Below, piece after piece: positions 30,285 to 41,432 of a stretch of 64,000 nucleotides of DNA; within the stretch, counting starts at the first letter, position 1; the number at the start of each line of letters is the position of its first letter. Location: assembly GCA_963701855.1 (NCBI GenBank), contig CAVPBK010000006.1:1472001-1536000 (forward strand), in the 5' to 3' direction. The position numbers and the translations under genes are program-made. Under the pieces are notes generated by a model. It searched no databases and was not told the origin of the DNA. It was given only the letters and a program-made list of their open reading frames with translations. The DNA comes from Nitrospirota bacterium. GTDB lineage: Bacteria; Nitrospirota; Nitrospiria; Nitrospirales; Nitrospiraceae.

Positions 30285-32000
30285 CTACCAGCGACCGCCT
30301 GAGGCAAGAAAAGAGGGCACGTCCGCGCAGGGCAGCGGCTTGGCAAATACATAGCCTTGCCCGTATTCGCATCCGAGCGCGCGGAGGATCATCAGCTGTT
30401 CGGCGGTTTCCACCCCTTCGGCGATCACCTGCCGCCCCAGCTGATGCCCGAGGACCACGATGGTCTTCACGATGGCGAGCGCATCGTCGTCGGCCCCCAG
30501 CCGCCGCACGAACGACTGATCGATCTTGAGAAACGCAATCGGTAGCTGCTGCAGATAGCTTAAGGACGAATAACCCGTGCCGAAATCGTCCAGGCAGGTT
30601 TGAACCCGTTGCGATGCGAGGTGTTTCAGCACCTCGGTGACCGCTTCAGGGTCTTGCATCATGTCCGACTCCGTGATTTCGATCTTGAGGCTCGACGGAT
30701 CCACGCCGGTGGCCAGCAGTACCTCGTTGACGAGTGCTGCCACATCGGCGTTCACGAAATGGCGGAGCGAAAAATTGACGCTCACGGTCAGCGGACGGAT
30801 CTGCGGGAACGCCGCGTGCCAAACCGTGAGCTGCCGGCAGGCCTCCCGCAAGCTCCACTCCCCGATTTTCGTCATCAACCCCAGTTCCGTCGCCATCTCC
30901 AGAAACCCATCAGGCCTGGTCAGCCCATACTCAGGATGTTCCCAGCGCAGCAACGCTTCAAACCCGGCGACCTGGCCTGACGTCAAGGCCACGATCGGCT
31001 GATATGCCAGCCGGAACTCCTGCCGTTCCAGCGCCTGCCGAAGATCGGCTTCCAGCTTCAACCGGACCATCGCCTGCTCATGCATGGCCGCATCGAACAT
31101 CACGAACCCCGTCCGACCGGAGGCTTTGGCCCGATGCATCGCGGTCGTCGCATCGCGCAGGAGATGGTCGCCGCTCTCATACCCGGCATGACAGCACGTG
31201 AGGCCCAGGCTCGCCGTGAGCACAATCTGCTGGCCCTGCACGGTAAACGGCGTGGCGAATTCCTGCTGGAGCCGACCGGCCACACGCGTCGCATTGCTCA
31301 GGGCTTTTAGGTTATCCAGCAGGAACGCGAATTCGTCCCCTTCCATCCGGGCCATCGTGTCGGCCGAGCGCACACGACGCAGCATGCGTTGACTGACGTC
31401 AATTAGCAGGCGATCTGCCGCCGCGGGTCCCAAGCTGTCGCGAATCACGCGGAACCCGTCCAGATTGAGCGAGAGCAGCGCGAACAGATGGCTGGGTTGC
31501 CGCCGAGTCTGCTGGTAGACACGATCCAGCCGGTCCAGAAACAGCGCGCGATTCGGCAGTCCAGTGAGCGAGTCGTGAAACGTTTCCAGAAACAGTCGCT
31601 GCTCAGCCTGGCGCTTGTCTTCGATCAGCCGTTTGCGATCGAGCGCCTGTGTCACGGAATGACCCAGGCGGCCCAGGCGGTCTTTCAGCAGATAGTCGGT
31701 GGCTCCGGCCCTCATACATTCCACCGCCGTCTCCTCACCGATGCAACCCGATACGACAATGAACGGAATATCGAGCCCTCGCTCTTGCATGAGTCGCAGC
31801 GCATCACGCGCCGTAAATTGCGGCATGGAGAAATCCGATAGAATGAAATCTGGAGGCTGGTCGAGTTCGCGCAAGTAGTCGGCTTGAGAATCGACGCGGC
31901 GGGAGGCCAGCTCGAACCCGGCGTCCCGGAGCACTTCGAGAATCAGCTCCGCATCATTCGGCGAGTCTTCGAGCAGAAGGAGGTTCAGACTCCTTGGCAT
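30285..32000 (-). CDS. REC-GGDEF-EAL protein (likely c-di-GMP phosphodiesterase)
   Basis: LLLED/DFSMP receiver; degenerate EGDEF; EALLRW, DDFGTGYSSL, AEGVE. Confidence 0.92.
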   Translation of the reverse strand: MPRSLNLLLLEDSPNDAELILEVLRDAGFELASRRVDSQADYLRELDQPPDFILSDFSMPQFTARDALRLMQERGLDIPFIVVSGCIGEETAVECMRAGATDYLLKDRLGRLGHSVTQALDRKRLIEDKRQAEQRLFLETFHDSLTGLPNRALFLDRLDRVYQQTRRQPSHLFALLSLNLDGFRVIRDSLGPAAADRLLIDVSQRMLRRVRSADTMARMEGDEFAFLLDNLKALSNATRVAGRLQQEFATPFTVQGQQIVLTASLGLTCCHAGYESGDHLLRDATTAMHRAKASGRTGFVMFDAAMHEQAMVRLKLEADLRQALERQEFRLAYQPIVALTSGQVAGFEALLRWEHPEYGLTRPDGFLEMATELGLMTKIGEWSLREACRQLTVWHAAFPQIRPLTVSVNFSLRHFVNADVAALVNEVLLATGVDPSSLKIEITESDMMQDPEAVTEVLKHLASQRVQTCLDDFGTGYSSLSYLQQLPIAFLKIDQSFVRRLGADDDALAIVKTIVVLGHQLGRQVIAEGVETAEQLMILRALGCEYGQGYVFAKPLPCADVPSFLASGGRW

Positions 32001-32624
32001 CGTCGTCCGCGGCTACTACAAGGCCGTGCCTTTCCCCGTTAAGGATTGCGTGAGCGCCGAGCTCGCTCACGATAGTGGCTCAGTATAGGATGAGACCTGC
32101 CGCCGACCAACAAAATGTGAAGAATCGTGCGCCTAGGTTAGAGGAAGCAGAGGATGGGCCGCTCGCTGTGATCTTCGTCGAGTTCGATGGATGTATTGCG
32201 CCGCTTAATTTCTGGACAATGTATTGAACAGTGTAATCCATCCGTTTTGCAGAGAATAGCCTTCTTCGATTCTTCATTTCTCAAGGGACATTCGGATGCA
32301 CTCTCTCGCGGCTCTGGTGAGAGGGCTTCGGTTGTCTTCTACTCCGATAGGTTTTGAATAAAATTCGGTGGGGTCTGCATTCACCTAACGCATCCATACG
32401 TTAAGTAGGGCACAACCCAAGGGCTAGGCACCCTTTCCGCCCCTTTGTGATAGGCTTAGCAGATGTCGAAAGGGAACGCGCCAAAAAACAAGGTAAAGAC
32501 TGCCGCCGCGGTTGAGGGAAAGTCGATTAAGCCGCTCTTGATTGAAGCAGAAGAGACTCGTCTGCAGGAATTGCAGAATAATTGTTGAATAAAGGCGTGC
32601 TGCCGAAAGGGAAGAGTTACGCCA

Positions 32625-33206
32625 ATGGGAAAGACTCTTGAATATCAAGGATACACGATCCAGTCCGCTCCGCATCACCCGGCAGACTGTGAGAAATGGC
32701 AGCTGCGCATCTTCGTCTCCATGGACGATCACCGAGGCGTCAAAGCACGCGAATTCTCCGCCGATGTCGTGTATGCGACCGAGCAGGAGGCCGATATCCA
32801 TGGGATTGCTTTTGGCCAGCGCCTGATTGATGGCAAGGTAGAAGGTCAGTCCGTCATGGATATGAAAACGGTGGATCGCCGAGCGACGCCGCGTCTCCGT
32901 GTGCAATTCCGTACCACATTTTCGAGTTCCACGAATAAGGAAGGGACGGGCGTCATGCTGGATCTGTCTTCGGGCGGATGTCGTGTCGAGAGTCCTGTTT
33001 CTGTGGAACCGGGCTTATTGTTAGAGCTCCGCATCTATGCGCCAGATGTCGAATGGCCGCTTATGATTGAAGCGGCCAACGTGCAGTGGGTAAGTGGCCA
33101 GACATTCGGGCTGGCCTTCTTTCGGATCACGGAGACAGAGCAACAGCGTTTGGGGCAGGTGATCGAGGATTTGATGGAGGGCGGTGAGGGGAAAGCCGAC
33201 CACTGA
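32625..33206 (+). CDS. PilZ-domain protein with an extra N-terminal domain
   Basis: RRATPR, DLSSGG, VQWV, FGLAF. Confidence 0.8.
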   Translation: MGKTLEYQGYTIQSAPHHPADCEKWQLRIFVSMDDHRGVKAREFSADVVYATEQEADIHGIAFGQRLIDGKVEGQSVMDMKTVDRRATPRLRVQFRTTFSSSTNKEGTGVMLDLSSGGCRVESPVSVEPGLLLELRIYAPDVEWPLMIEAANVQWVSGQTFGLAFFRITETEQQRLGQVIEDLMEGGEGKADH

Positions 33207-33449
33207 GCCTGAATCACTCATCAAGCAGAGGTAAAACGAAGAGAACTCGAACCGCACGGTCTGCAGCGCAGCAAGATCCATCCCAATCCACGCTAGGACA
33301 GATGTTTCGCTGTGTCGAGAACCCGTGGTAGTGAAACTCTCGAACGGCGTAGACGCCCACTGCTCTCTCCGACTGAGTCACGAGAACTCATTGACTAATT
33401 TGTTAGCATGATTAAGAAGAAAATGATACCTGACGACGAGGTGGATATC

Positions 33450-33620
33450 ATGACCAGGACGCAAGCTGCGGCGTTACGCGTGACGTGGGCAGAGAGGGCG
33501 GATCTCCCCTGTCAGCATCTGCACTTAGAACTGGAACACACTGACGACGGCTATTTGACGGGCAACTATCACTGTACTGCCTGCGGTGAATCTGTGATGC
33601 ACCTGCCTCTGGCTGCGTAG
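33450..33620 (+). CDS. Small putative Zn-binding protein (CxH...CxxC), paralog 1
   Basis: CQHLHLELE...TGNYHCTACGE; RBS; two paralogs at 49.3 and 49.7 kb. Confidence 0.6.
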   Translation: MTRTQAAALRVTWAERADLPCQHLHLELEHTDDGYLTGNYHCTACGESVMHLPLAA

Positions 33621-33796
33621 TGTACTGCCCCGCTTAACTTGGAAGAGAAAACGGTGTCAGGAACCGATTAGGTCTGAGGTCCCTGCGCAAGCATAGCCTT
33701 GTCGGCCGCTTGCGCTGATCTCCGAGAGGGAAGTACGCTCACGTCGAAAGTGCTGAGTCGAGGGGCACTGCTTCAGACCGAGTGAAAAGGCTCGTT

Positions 33797-34315
33797 ATGC
33801 CGATGTCCTTACTCCTGCTCATCCTGTTGTTACCCCTGCCGTTCTCCGTCCATGCTGAAGATCTCGGGGAGCTTAGCGCGAACCCCGCGGGTTTCTCTGT
33901 TTCTCTGGTCTATCTCGTTGATCTGGTTTGTTTTGTTTATTTGGTTCATCTGGTTAGTTTCGTTCAACCAAAAATCAGAGAAACCAGATAGACCAAATAG
34001 ACCAGCAAGGGCTCTCCGTTCTCACCGGACTCGATCAAGAATCCCTACGGCGCCGGGAATCCCTAGCCCGCATTATTCATGACAGTTCGTCGCGAAATCG
34101 CTGAGCCGCGTCGCGAGAGCGGCGCGCGGAGCCAGGAGGACCTGAGGCGTACTCGTGCAGTACGTTGAAGGTACGAGGGGCGAGCCCGCCGACCGAAGGC
34201 TCGTCGTAGTAGCGGATCGGCGATTGCAGCAGAAGTGTTCATGATTAATGCGGGCTTGAGCCCCAGCAGTCCCACGAATCCCCACGGCCGCGGCCTCCGA
34301 ATCGAAGGACGCTGA
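33797..34315 (+). pseudogene. NPY/NPF-repeat gene copy 2, with internal deletion, hairpin and MITE
   Basis: AEDLGELSANP, hairpin ~33887-34015, MITE 34065-34256, ends GLRIEGR-stop. Confidence 0.7.
34065..34256. mobile_element. MITE
   Basis: IRs AGCCCGCATTATTCATGA / TCATGATTAATGCGGGCT; interrupts sequence contiguous in other copies; relative at ~55345-55522. Confidence 0.75.
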
Positions 34316-34597
34316 TTCATTCGCTGAACCGCTCCACGTGATCTCATGGCTGCTTGACACCGCGGTCCTACAACTCAGTTCACGCCTTGAAGCTTTAAGA
34401 CGCTTCATTGGGAAGCCTCCGGCCCTCCGGGGGATTCTTATCATGATTTCACCTCGCGGCTGGGCATAGACTTAGAAGAGCTTCCCATCCCCTTCTCGTA
34501 GCAAATTGACATAGTGGATTAGCAATGATACTTTCAGCCGCCAATGTATCGCTGCGATTGTGGAAGGAAATGAAAGTATCATAGTACGGACTGCTGT

Positions 34598-35755
34598 ATG
34601 AATCCTGCTGATTTTACAGAGGAAAAGAATGGCCAATTAATTAAGACCCAGCGTGACTATTGGGCATTTCTCCCGAATCCCCTTCCTCCCCAGCTCACGC
34701 TGAGCTGGGATTTGGTGAACCAACTTTCTGAGGCCGATCGGGCGCTCAGCGAACTCGCAGGAACAGCGCGCACCTTACCCAACCCACACTTGTTAATAGG
34801 GCCGTTCATCAGACGCGAAGCCGTGCTCTCCAGTCGCATCGAGGGCACCCAAGCGTCTCTGTCCGATCTTCTGTTTTTTGAAGCGTCAGGATCGGTCGAT
34901 CCGAAAGCCCCGGATGCTCGGGAGGTAGCCAATTATGTGAAAGCGATGGAATACGGATTGGTGCGTCTGAAGAAGTTTCCGCTCAGCCTCCGCTTTATCA
35001 GAGAAGTGCACGAGCATCTCATGCATGATGTACGCGGGGAACATTTGACCCCCGGAGAATTTCGCCGCTCCCAGAATTGGATTGGCCCAGATCGCTGCAC
35101 GCTGATGGACGCCACATACGTTCCACCTCCGGTCGAAGAAATGGAACAAGCCTTAGGCCAATTCGAGGCCTACTTGCATGCGCCCTCAACGGTGCCTCTC
35201 CTGATTCGCCTCGCAGTCATCCATTACCAATTTGAGGCGATTCATCCGTTCCTGGACGGCAATGGCAGAATCGGACGACTCCTCATTACCCTTTTGCTAT
35301 GTAAAGAGGGCGCTCTCCCGGAACCGTTGTTGTATTTAAGCGCCTACTTTGAACGCTACCGGAATGAGTATTACCGTCTTCTTCTGGCTGTGAGCCAGTC
35401 GGGCAAGTGGATCGACTGGATCTCGTTCTTTCTCCGGGGAGTCGCTGAACAATCACGAGACGCGCTGGTTCGTTCTGATCAATTACTTCAATTGTGGAAG
35501 AACTATCGCGGCGAGTTCCAGTCAGCTCGATCGTCGGCGCTCCAACTTCGCTTGGTGGACCAGCTGTTTGCGTACCCCGCAATTACCGCAAACCAGGCTG
35601 CAAAGCTGTTAAAGGTAACCCATCGCTCGGCTCAGTTGAACATTGAAAAACTGATTCGCAAGGGGATTCTCAAAGAGGCCACTGGCAAGCAGCGCAACCG
35701 AGTGTTTATCGCTCCGCAAATCGTGAAGATCATCGAAGCGACACATGCAAGCTAA
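34598..35755 (+). CDS. Fic-family AMPylase with N-terminal inhibitory motif and C-terminal wHTH
   Basis: SSRIEG, HPFLDGNGRIGR. Confidence 0.93.
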   Translation: MNPADFTEEKNGQLIKTQRDYWAFLPNPLPPQLTLSWDLVNQLSEADRALSELAGTARTLPNPHLLIGPFIRREAVLSSRIEGTQASLSDLLFFEASGSVDPKAPDAREVANYVKAMEYGLVRLKKFPLSLRFIREVHEHLMHDVRGEHLTPGEFRRSQNWIGPDRCTLMDATYVPPPVEEMEQALGQFEAYLHAPSTVPLLIRLAVIHYQFEAIHPFLDGNGRIGRLLITLLLCKEGALPEPLLYLSAYFERYRNEYYRLLLAVSQSGKWIDWISFFLRGVAEQSRDALVRSDQLLQLWKNYRGEFQSARSSALQLRLVDQLFAYPAITANQAAKLLKVTHRSAQLNIEKLIRKGILKEATGKQRNRVFIAPQIVKIIEATHAS

Positions 35756-35961
35756 AGCAAGACAGCTAACAACTCACACGGCGAATGCTCGATTTAATCA
35801 GGGGGGCCTTCGCTGTGATAATTTTGTGCTACAAAGCTTCACAAACGACCGAATTCAGTAGAACCAATGGAATCAGTAGAACACTAGCAAGCCCATGATT
35901 TTCAACGATAAACGGGGAAACCTTCGCAACATCGAGCGGTTCGAATTATTGCCCTGCTGCC

Positions 35962-36007
35962 ACTCTTAATCAGCGGGCCGTAGGTTCGACCCCTACACGG
36001 CCCACCA
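35962..36007 (+). repeat. tRNA-Lys 3' half duplication (att site)
   Basis: ACTCTTAATCAGCGGGCCGTAGGTTCGACCCCTACACGGCCCACCA, exact. Confidence 0.92.
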
Positions 36008-36235
36008 AACCTCGCTTGCGCGTGCCGGCGGCTATTCAGGCGAAGCCTCTCTTCATTGACGCCGCCGGATAACCCCCTCCAGTAGACCTGTCTTTGTAGG
36101 CAGTAAAACAGAGAAAATATATTTTTCTGCCCCCCTGCTGGGCTTTGAATCTAACAGCCTGTGGAAAAACTATGTTGGTTTTGCTGGTCTATCTGGCTTC
36201 TCTGGTTCTTGTGGTGGGGCATCCGATCCGGGCAA

Positions 36236-36445
36236 CTAGACAAACGAGACAGACCAGATAGACCAGCCCCCACGTCTCACTCGTCCCGCCTGTCTCGCTC
36301 GTCGAACTTTCACGAGATCGTACCGTGCCATACAACCCAACCACTGCACGGGAATCTCCTCCTTGCGATAGGCCCGCTGAATGGATTTCGGGCTCATGCG
36401 GAGTTCCGCGGCCAATTCCTTCATCGTGAGCAACTCCTTCTTCAT
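36236..36445 (-). pseudogene. Excisionase-like HTH remnant
   Basis: MKKELLTMKELAAELRMSPKSIQRAYRKEEIP; 3' end runs into a hairpin element. Confidence 0.65.
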
Positions 36446-36519
36446 GCCCAGTCCTTTCTGATGGTGCGGCTCAGCACGGGGCTGACCCAACCCTGAGCCA
36501 AGCCGGCTTTGCGGTCGAT

Positions 36520-37827
36520 ATGGCCTGTGATGGCACAGAAGCCCTGAGCAAGGCCAATGCGGGAACGTACGATACTGTGTTGAGCGATATCCGCATGATC
36601 CCGTGTTCCGGTTTGGATCTTTTGGATTCGATTCGCAAGACCATGCCGGAGCTGCCCATCGTGCTCTTGACCGCGTTCGGCTCGGTCGACACTGCCATCC
36701 AAGCCATGAAGCAAGGAGCATTCGATTACATCGCCAAGCCCGTGAATCTTGACGAACTCATCCTCACCATAAAGCGAGCCGTCAAGCATCGGCGTCTGAT
36801 AGAGAACACTCGCACGCCTAAGCGTGCGTTTAATGAACAGTCGCGGGCCGCCTCTTTGATCGGACAAAGCAAGCAAATGGTCGAGGTCTTCAAACTTATT
36901 GGAAAGGTCTCTCACAGCCGGACAGCCGTACTGATTCAGGGTGAGAGCGGCACCGGCAAAGAATTAATCGCCCGCGCAATCCACGATAACAGCCCGCGTG
37001 CGACTTACCGATTTGTCCCCATCAACTGTAGTGCGATTCCAGATACCTTGCTCGAAAGCGAACTCTTCGGTCACACGAAGGGTTCGTTCACCGGTGCTCA
37101 CACGATGCGGCGTGGATTGCTTGAGGACGCGAGCGGTGGCACGTTCTTTTTGGACGAAGTCGGCGATCTCTCTCCGGCCGGACAGGCAAAACTTCTCCGC
37201 GTCCTCCAAGAAGGTGAAATCCGAAGGATTGGAAGCAACGAGTCGGTACGCGTAGATTTGCGGGTTATTGCAGCCTCGCGCCGAAATCTCGCCCAACTGG
37301 TAGCGACCGGCCGGTTTCGTGAGGATCTGCTCTACCGGCTGAACACGGTCATGGTTCTCCTGCCTCCACTTCGGGAACGGCATGAAGATATTCCCTTGCT
37401 GGCAGAATTCTTTCTCGCAAAGTATGGCGACAAGAAGGAAGTTCCTGTCACGTCTTTTTCATCCGCCACGATGAGCGCGCTGACTGAATATTCCTGGCCG
37501 GGGAACGTGCGTGAGTTAGAACACGTCGTTGAACGGGCAGTGGCGCTGGCCTCGCAGGCTATTCTCTCAATCGAGGATCTCCCACCTGAAGTCATTCAGA
37601 AAGACGGAGAAGCTTCGGATCAGAGTGACATCTTCCTCGGCACGCTCAAAGCGCTGCGGCGGGAACAAGTGCTAAAAATTCTGGAATCAACCCATGGCAA
37701 CAAAGAGCGGACGGCTCGTTTACTCGGTATCAGCAGACGAACGCTCTACCGACTCCTCGAACAATACGGGCTCGGCAAAACTAAATCTTCGACCGAAGCT
37801 GACACTTCGAATCCTGTCGGTTCCTGA
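36520..37827 (+). CDS. Sigma-54-dependent response regulator (NtrC/AtoC family), receiver N-terminus missing
   Basis: DIRM, GESGTGKE, ESELFGH, GSFTGA, WPGNVREL, Fis HTH; no in-frame start for the first beta-strand. Confidence 0.88.
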   Translation: MACDGTEALSKANAGTYDTVLSDIRMIPCSGLDLLDSIRKTMPELPIVLLTAFGSVDTAIQAMKQGAFDYIAKPVNLDELILTIKRAVKHRRLIENTRTPKRAFNEQSRAASLIGQSKQMVEVFKLIGKVSHSRTAVLIQGESGTGKELIARAIHDNSPRATYRFVPINCSAIPDTLLESELFGHTKGSFTGAHTMRRGLLEDASGGTFFLDEVGDLSPAGQAKLLRVLQEGEIRRIGSNESVRVDLRVIAASRRNLAQLVATGRFREDLLYRLNTVMVLLPPLRERHEDIPLLAEFFLAKYGDKKEVPVTSFSSATMSALTEYSWPGNVRELEHVVERAVALASQAILSIEDLPPEVIQKDGEASDQSDIFLGTLKALRREQVLKILESTHGNKERTARLLGISRRTLYRLLEQYGLGKTKSSTEADTSNPVGS

Positions 37828-38256
37828 TATCCGCCCGCCCATCATTTCGACGAAGTTTCTATCATTATCGGTCAAAGTGAATATGGCGCCGGCAAAAGTC
37901 TTGACGATATAGAGACCTGCCCCGCCCTGGATGACCACTCCTTCAACCGTTTTATGGCCAGATCATGCGGCGTCGGCCATTTGGTGAGAGAGCTCGCGTG
38001 GGCAATCTGTCCAGGCACAGACAATCTGTCGTTCGGGAGACATTCCTTCGAAAACACGCCGTTCGGCTGTTTGTCGTGGAACACCTGGGACAAGCTATGC
38101 GGTGGGCATCCCTCTGCCCCTTGAAGAGAGAAATGTCATATGTGTCCGAAAAATGGACCTCGGCTGTCATTGGTGGCCAATGGTATCCCCTTTGCTCACG
38201 GTAACTGATACGCACGTCAGAAAATTAGGTCACGACATCATAACGAGGAGGTATTC

Positions 38257-38571
38257 ATGACATCCATTCCCAAAATTACCGGGGTCATGCTCTGTGGTGT
38301 CACCCTCTATCTGAGTATGCCTCAGGCTGCGCTGGCCATCAATAATTATGCGGAGGAACCATCAGAGAGCACTCACACCATCCAGGGGGAAGTATTGGAC
38401 GTTGGAGGCAATCTCTTTTTAGTTAGGGAACAGGATGGTGGGCTGATCGTGTTGCATACCGACAAGAACACCCAGGGGACTGAAACCGTAAGCCGGGGAG
38501 ATCAGATTGAAGCGAAAGTAAGCGACGTAGATGATCTGACGATCGTGCTGTCGATTCGCGAGATGAATTAG
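38257..38571 (+). CDS. Small secreted OB-fold-like protein, paralog A
   Basis: Signal MTSIPKITGVMLCG; TIQGEVL...GDQIEAKV...VLSIRE. Confidence 0.7.
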   Translation: MTSIPKITGVMLCGVTLYLSMPQAALAINNYAEEPSESTHTIQGEVLDVGGNLFLVREQDGGLIVLHTDKNTQGTETVSRGDQIEAKVSDVDDLTIVLSIREMN

Positions 38572-38862
38572 TGACATCGCGCGATTTACGGTGGGGCCTG
38601 GTCACGCGAGGAAATATTCAGTTGGCATTCCGTACGGACAAGACGACCTGGATGATTGGGTACCTCAAAATGGGTAATCGTTAAGTCTTCGTCGCTGACC
38701 AGAATTGCTTTGCTCGCCTTGGCGGCTAATCGGTTAACCTGTGGACAATTTGTCTCGCATCAGGTGAAAACTTCTTCACGTTCGCTTCATCATTATTTCA
38801 TGTCCGGCTCGTAGACTTTGTTCATCTCGTCAAGAGAGTCCACATTAACCGAGGAGGTAATC

Positions 38863-39222
38863 ATGGTCTCCATTCCCAAAATCATCGGGGCCATTTCGTG
38901 CGGTGTCGTGCTGAGTCTGGCTCTGACCAGTGTCACGCAAGCATTTGACCCTAACCCCTGTGCGATGAGGAAGGGCGGACTGCCGAATCTTCTCCTGTGT
39001 AGTGAGGAAAAACAGCAGGGCATCCAAACCATTAAGGGGGAGGTGTTGCGCGTAGACGGTGATACGCTCGTCGTTGAGCGCTTTAATGGGCAGGAAGTAC
39101 AGTTGCCAGTCACCGCAGCCCTTAGAAACGGCCACATATTTGAGCCAGGAGATTGGATTGAGGCGAAACTAGCCGACGTAAATCATGAGGCGCAGGTGCT
39201 GTCAATTCACGAGATCAACTAA
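38863..39222 (+). CDS. Small secreted OB-fold-like protein, paralog B
   Basis: MVSIPKIIGAISCG; TIKGEVLRVDG...GDWIEAKL...VLSIHE. Confidence 0.7.
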   Translation: MVSIPKIIGAISCGVVLSLALTSVTQAFDPNPCAMRKGGLPNLLLCSEEKQQGIQTIKGEVLRVDGDTLVVERFNGQEVQLPVTAALRNGHIFEPGDWIEAKLADVNHEAQVLSIHEIN

Positions 39223-40789
39223 TGCATCGTGATGGGACAGGCTAACCGAGGACACACCCGGTTGGCCTGCCTTCGCTCTATCAGGATTCTCCCGTAGGAG
39301 TGGAAAGGAGAATGGAGCCATGGCGTATACGGAAAAATATTGTGAGGAGTGCAGTCGGAAGCTATCGCGGAAAGACCGGTCGCCAGAGGCGACGGCGTTT
39401 TATTAACGCGTGTCAGTCCACCGACGGAAACACGGTTCGCTTTAGAAAAGTGCTCGTAGAGAAAGACGGGGTCTGTTTCGCGTGTGGACAGAGAGATCAA
39501 GTGATGTATTACGAACTGTAATCCCACCGACACTGCAGTTTCAGTCAAGAGGTGCGGTATGTGTGCTGTGTGGCATTGTCATAGTTGGATCTTCAGCGTC
39601 GCGATCGAGCTGTTGATATTCAGTCTTCTCATGGCATGCGGAACGCTTGTGAGTGGGTTGGTCTGCAGGATCTGGGGGGAAGTCCGTGATGACCACCCTC
39701 CCATCAGCCGCCAAGAGTAGAACGGCGAACGAGCTTCCGATGTCCAAAGCGGCTTGATTGGGTGCCTCGACCCTGTGAAGCTGCTTTTCACCGAGCAGTC
39801 AATGCCGCTGAAGCGGAAACGCTCCAACCAGGTCAGCATCACCCACTGAGATAGAACCGTCTGTCCTGAACTCGGGGAGATGCTGTCCAACGAACGCAGA
39901 ATGTCAGCGCAGGAGAAACGCTACCACCACAATGATGGAAGAAGGGGTGTGACAAGGTTGCATATGGACAACAGGCTTCTTGGTCCCGATGATGGTGGGA
40001 TCGGTCCTCGCCAAGAGGCTGTCAGCCTTGCTACTGCTTGCGTATCAGCGGGCCGGAGGAATCGCCGAGCGAGTTCAATGCCCTAGCTGGTCCGGCTACT
40101 GCGAAGCTACCAAACCTCCTCTATTGCTCTCCATGATGAGGAAAGTTCTACTACGAGAGAAAGTGCGAAAAAGTTACTCCAGGGAAGGCCACAAAACCTC
40201 TGATCTAGAAACAGCGGTGTACTGGATCTGGCAGACTGATTCTTCAGGAGTTTAAGGATCATAATTCTTACAAGATTTCTGGAAGGCTGACCTGCGGTTT
40301 ACAAACTTGATTCAGCCCAATCTGACACGACCCACGCGGAGCTAACCCAAGGTAAAACTGACGAATCTGAAGAACCATCCTCTTGATGGATCGGGATTGC
40401 TTGGCCTGTTCCGGTAGCAGCGTGGTAGCAGACGACGATAACGGGGCCCGCTGATTAAGCGTGACAAATAGCCTTTTCTCACAAACCTCGCTATTGCAAC
40501 GGTTTCCCCATATTCCCGTCCCTCTCACATAAATCATCAGGATTATGACGCCGCATTTGAGCGCAACTAGGGTAGCTACTAGTTTGCTCATCCACGGACA
40601 TCTTATTTCGTAATCAGATGAAAACTTCTTCATGGTCGCTTCATCATGGATTCATGCTCGGTTCGTATATTTTCATGTGCAAGAGCGTGCGACCGACGGG
40701 CTGGTTTTATCGGTCGAGCCATGGTTTGCGAAGATAATTCATTCAACAGGACCGTAGGCAAGCGGACCACGACATCAGAGGAGGAAATT

Positions 40790-41227
40790 ATGGCTACGTT
40801 AGTGAGACCGGGAGTTCCTGCCGAGGGATTTAAGGCTGTCGGACAAATTCATGCCACGAATGACTTGGTGTTTCAACGGACCCACAACGCGATGGGCGTC
40901 GCCGTCGAATTACTGACGACGCACACAGCAGGCGCGCCAGTGGTGGATGAACAGGGCGAGTTCATCGGCTTTGTCAGTGAGTTCGACATCCTTCGTGCAC
41001 TTGAGGCGAAGAAGGATTTGAACCGGTTGACAGCCGAAGACGTCATGGCCAAGGAACATATTTCGGTGACGAACGCGACCAGCATTGACGAGGCCGTGAA
41101 GATCATGGAGGAGAACCGACTCCTGAGCCTGCCGGTAATAGCAAACGGCAAAGTAACCCATTCGATTACGCGGCACGACCTACTACGGGCCTGGATCGGC
41201 CTTGGCATGGACATCGAAACCTCATAA
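40790..41227 (+). CDS. CBS-domain protein
   Basis: GAPVVDEQGEFIGFVSEFDI, AEDVM, LPVI, ITRHDLL. Confidence 0.88.
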   Translation: MATLVRPGVPAEGFKAVGQIHATNDLVFQRTHNAMGVAVELLTTHTAGAPVVDEQGEFIGFVSEFDILRALEAKKDLNRLTAEDVMAKEHISVTNATSIDEAVKIMEENRLLSLPVIANGKVTHSITRHDLLRAWIGLGMDIETS

Positions 41228-41432
41228 CGGAATGAGCGCCCCAACCCTCTTTGCACAGAGGTATGGCCATCTGTGGTGTCTTCGACGATGCTGAATGCAT
41301 CTCTCGAGTCCGTGAGTACGGCTAATAGCTCCAAAGGGTGATCGCGTCCCCAGAGGTCTTGGTTCGCTGCTGTGCTGAGAAGCTGACCTATCAAGGCGAA
41401 ATGGTTCAGGCCTTTGCGAAGGACGGTGCTGA

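Larger units (their letters stand above)
18205..36007. mobile_element. Genomic island 1 at tRNA-Lys (composite, no intact integrase)
   Basis: Bounded by tRNA-Lys and an exact copy of its 3' half at 35962-36007. Confidence 0.75.

Noticed and set aside
23709..35775. Integron attC sites (GCCTAAC at ~23709, GCTAAC at ~35765)
   Set aside because: No matching GTTRRRY end or palindrome found, and no integron integrase
39300..40633. Several short ORFs
   Set aside because: No motifs or consistent RBS; not supportable
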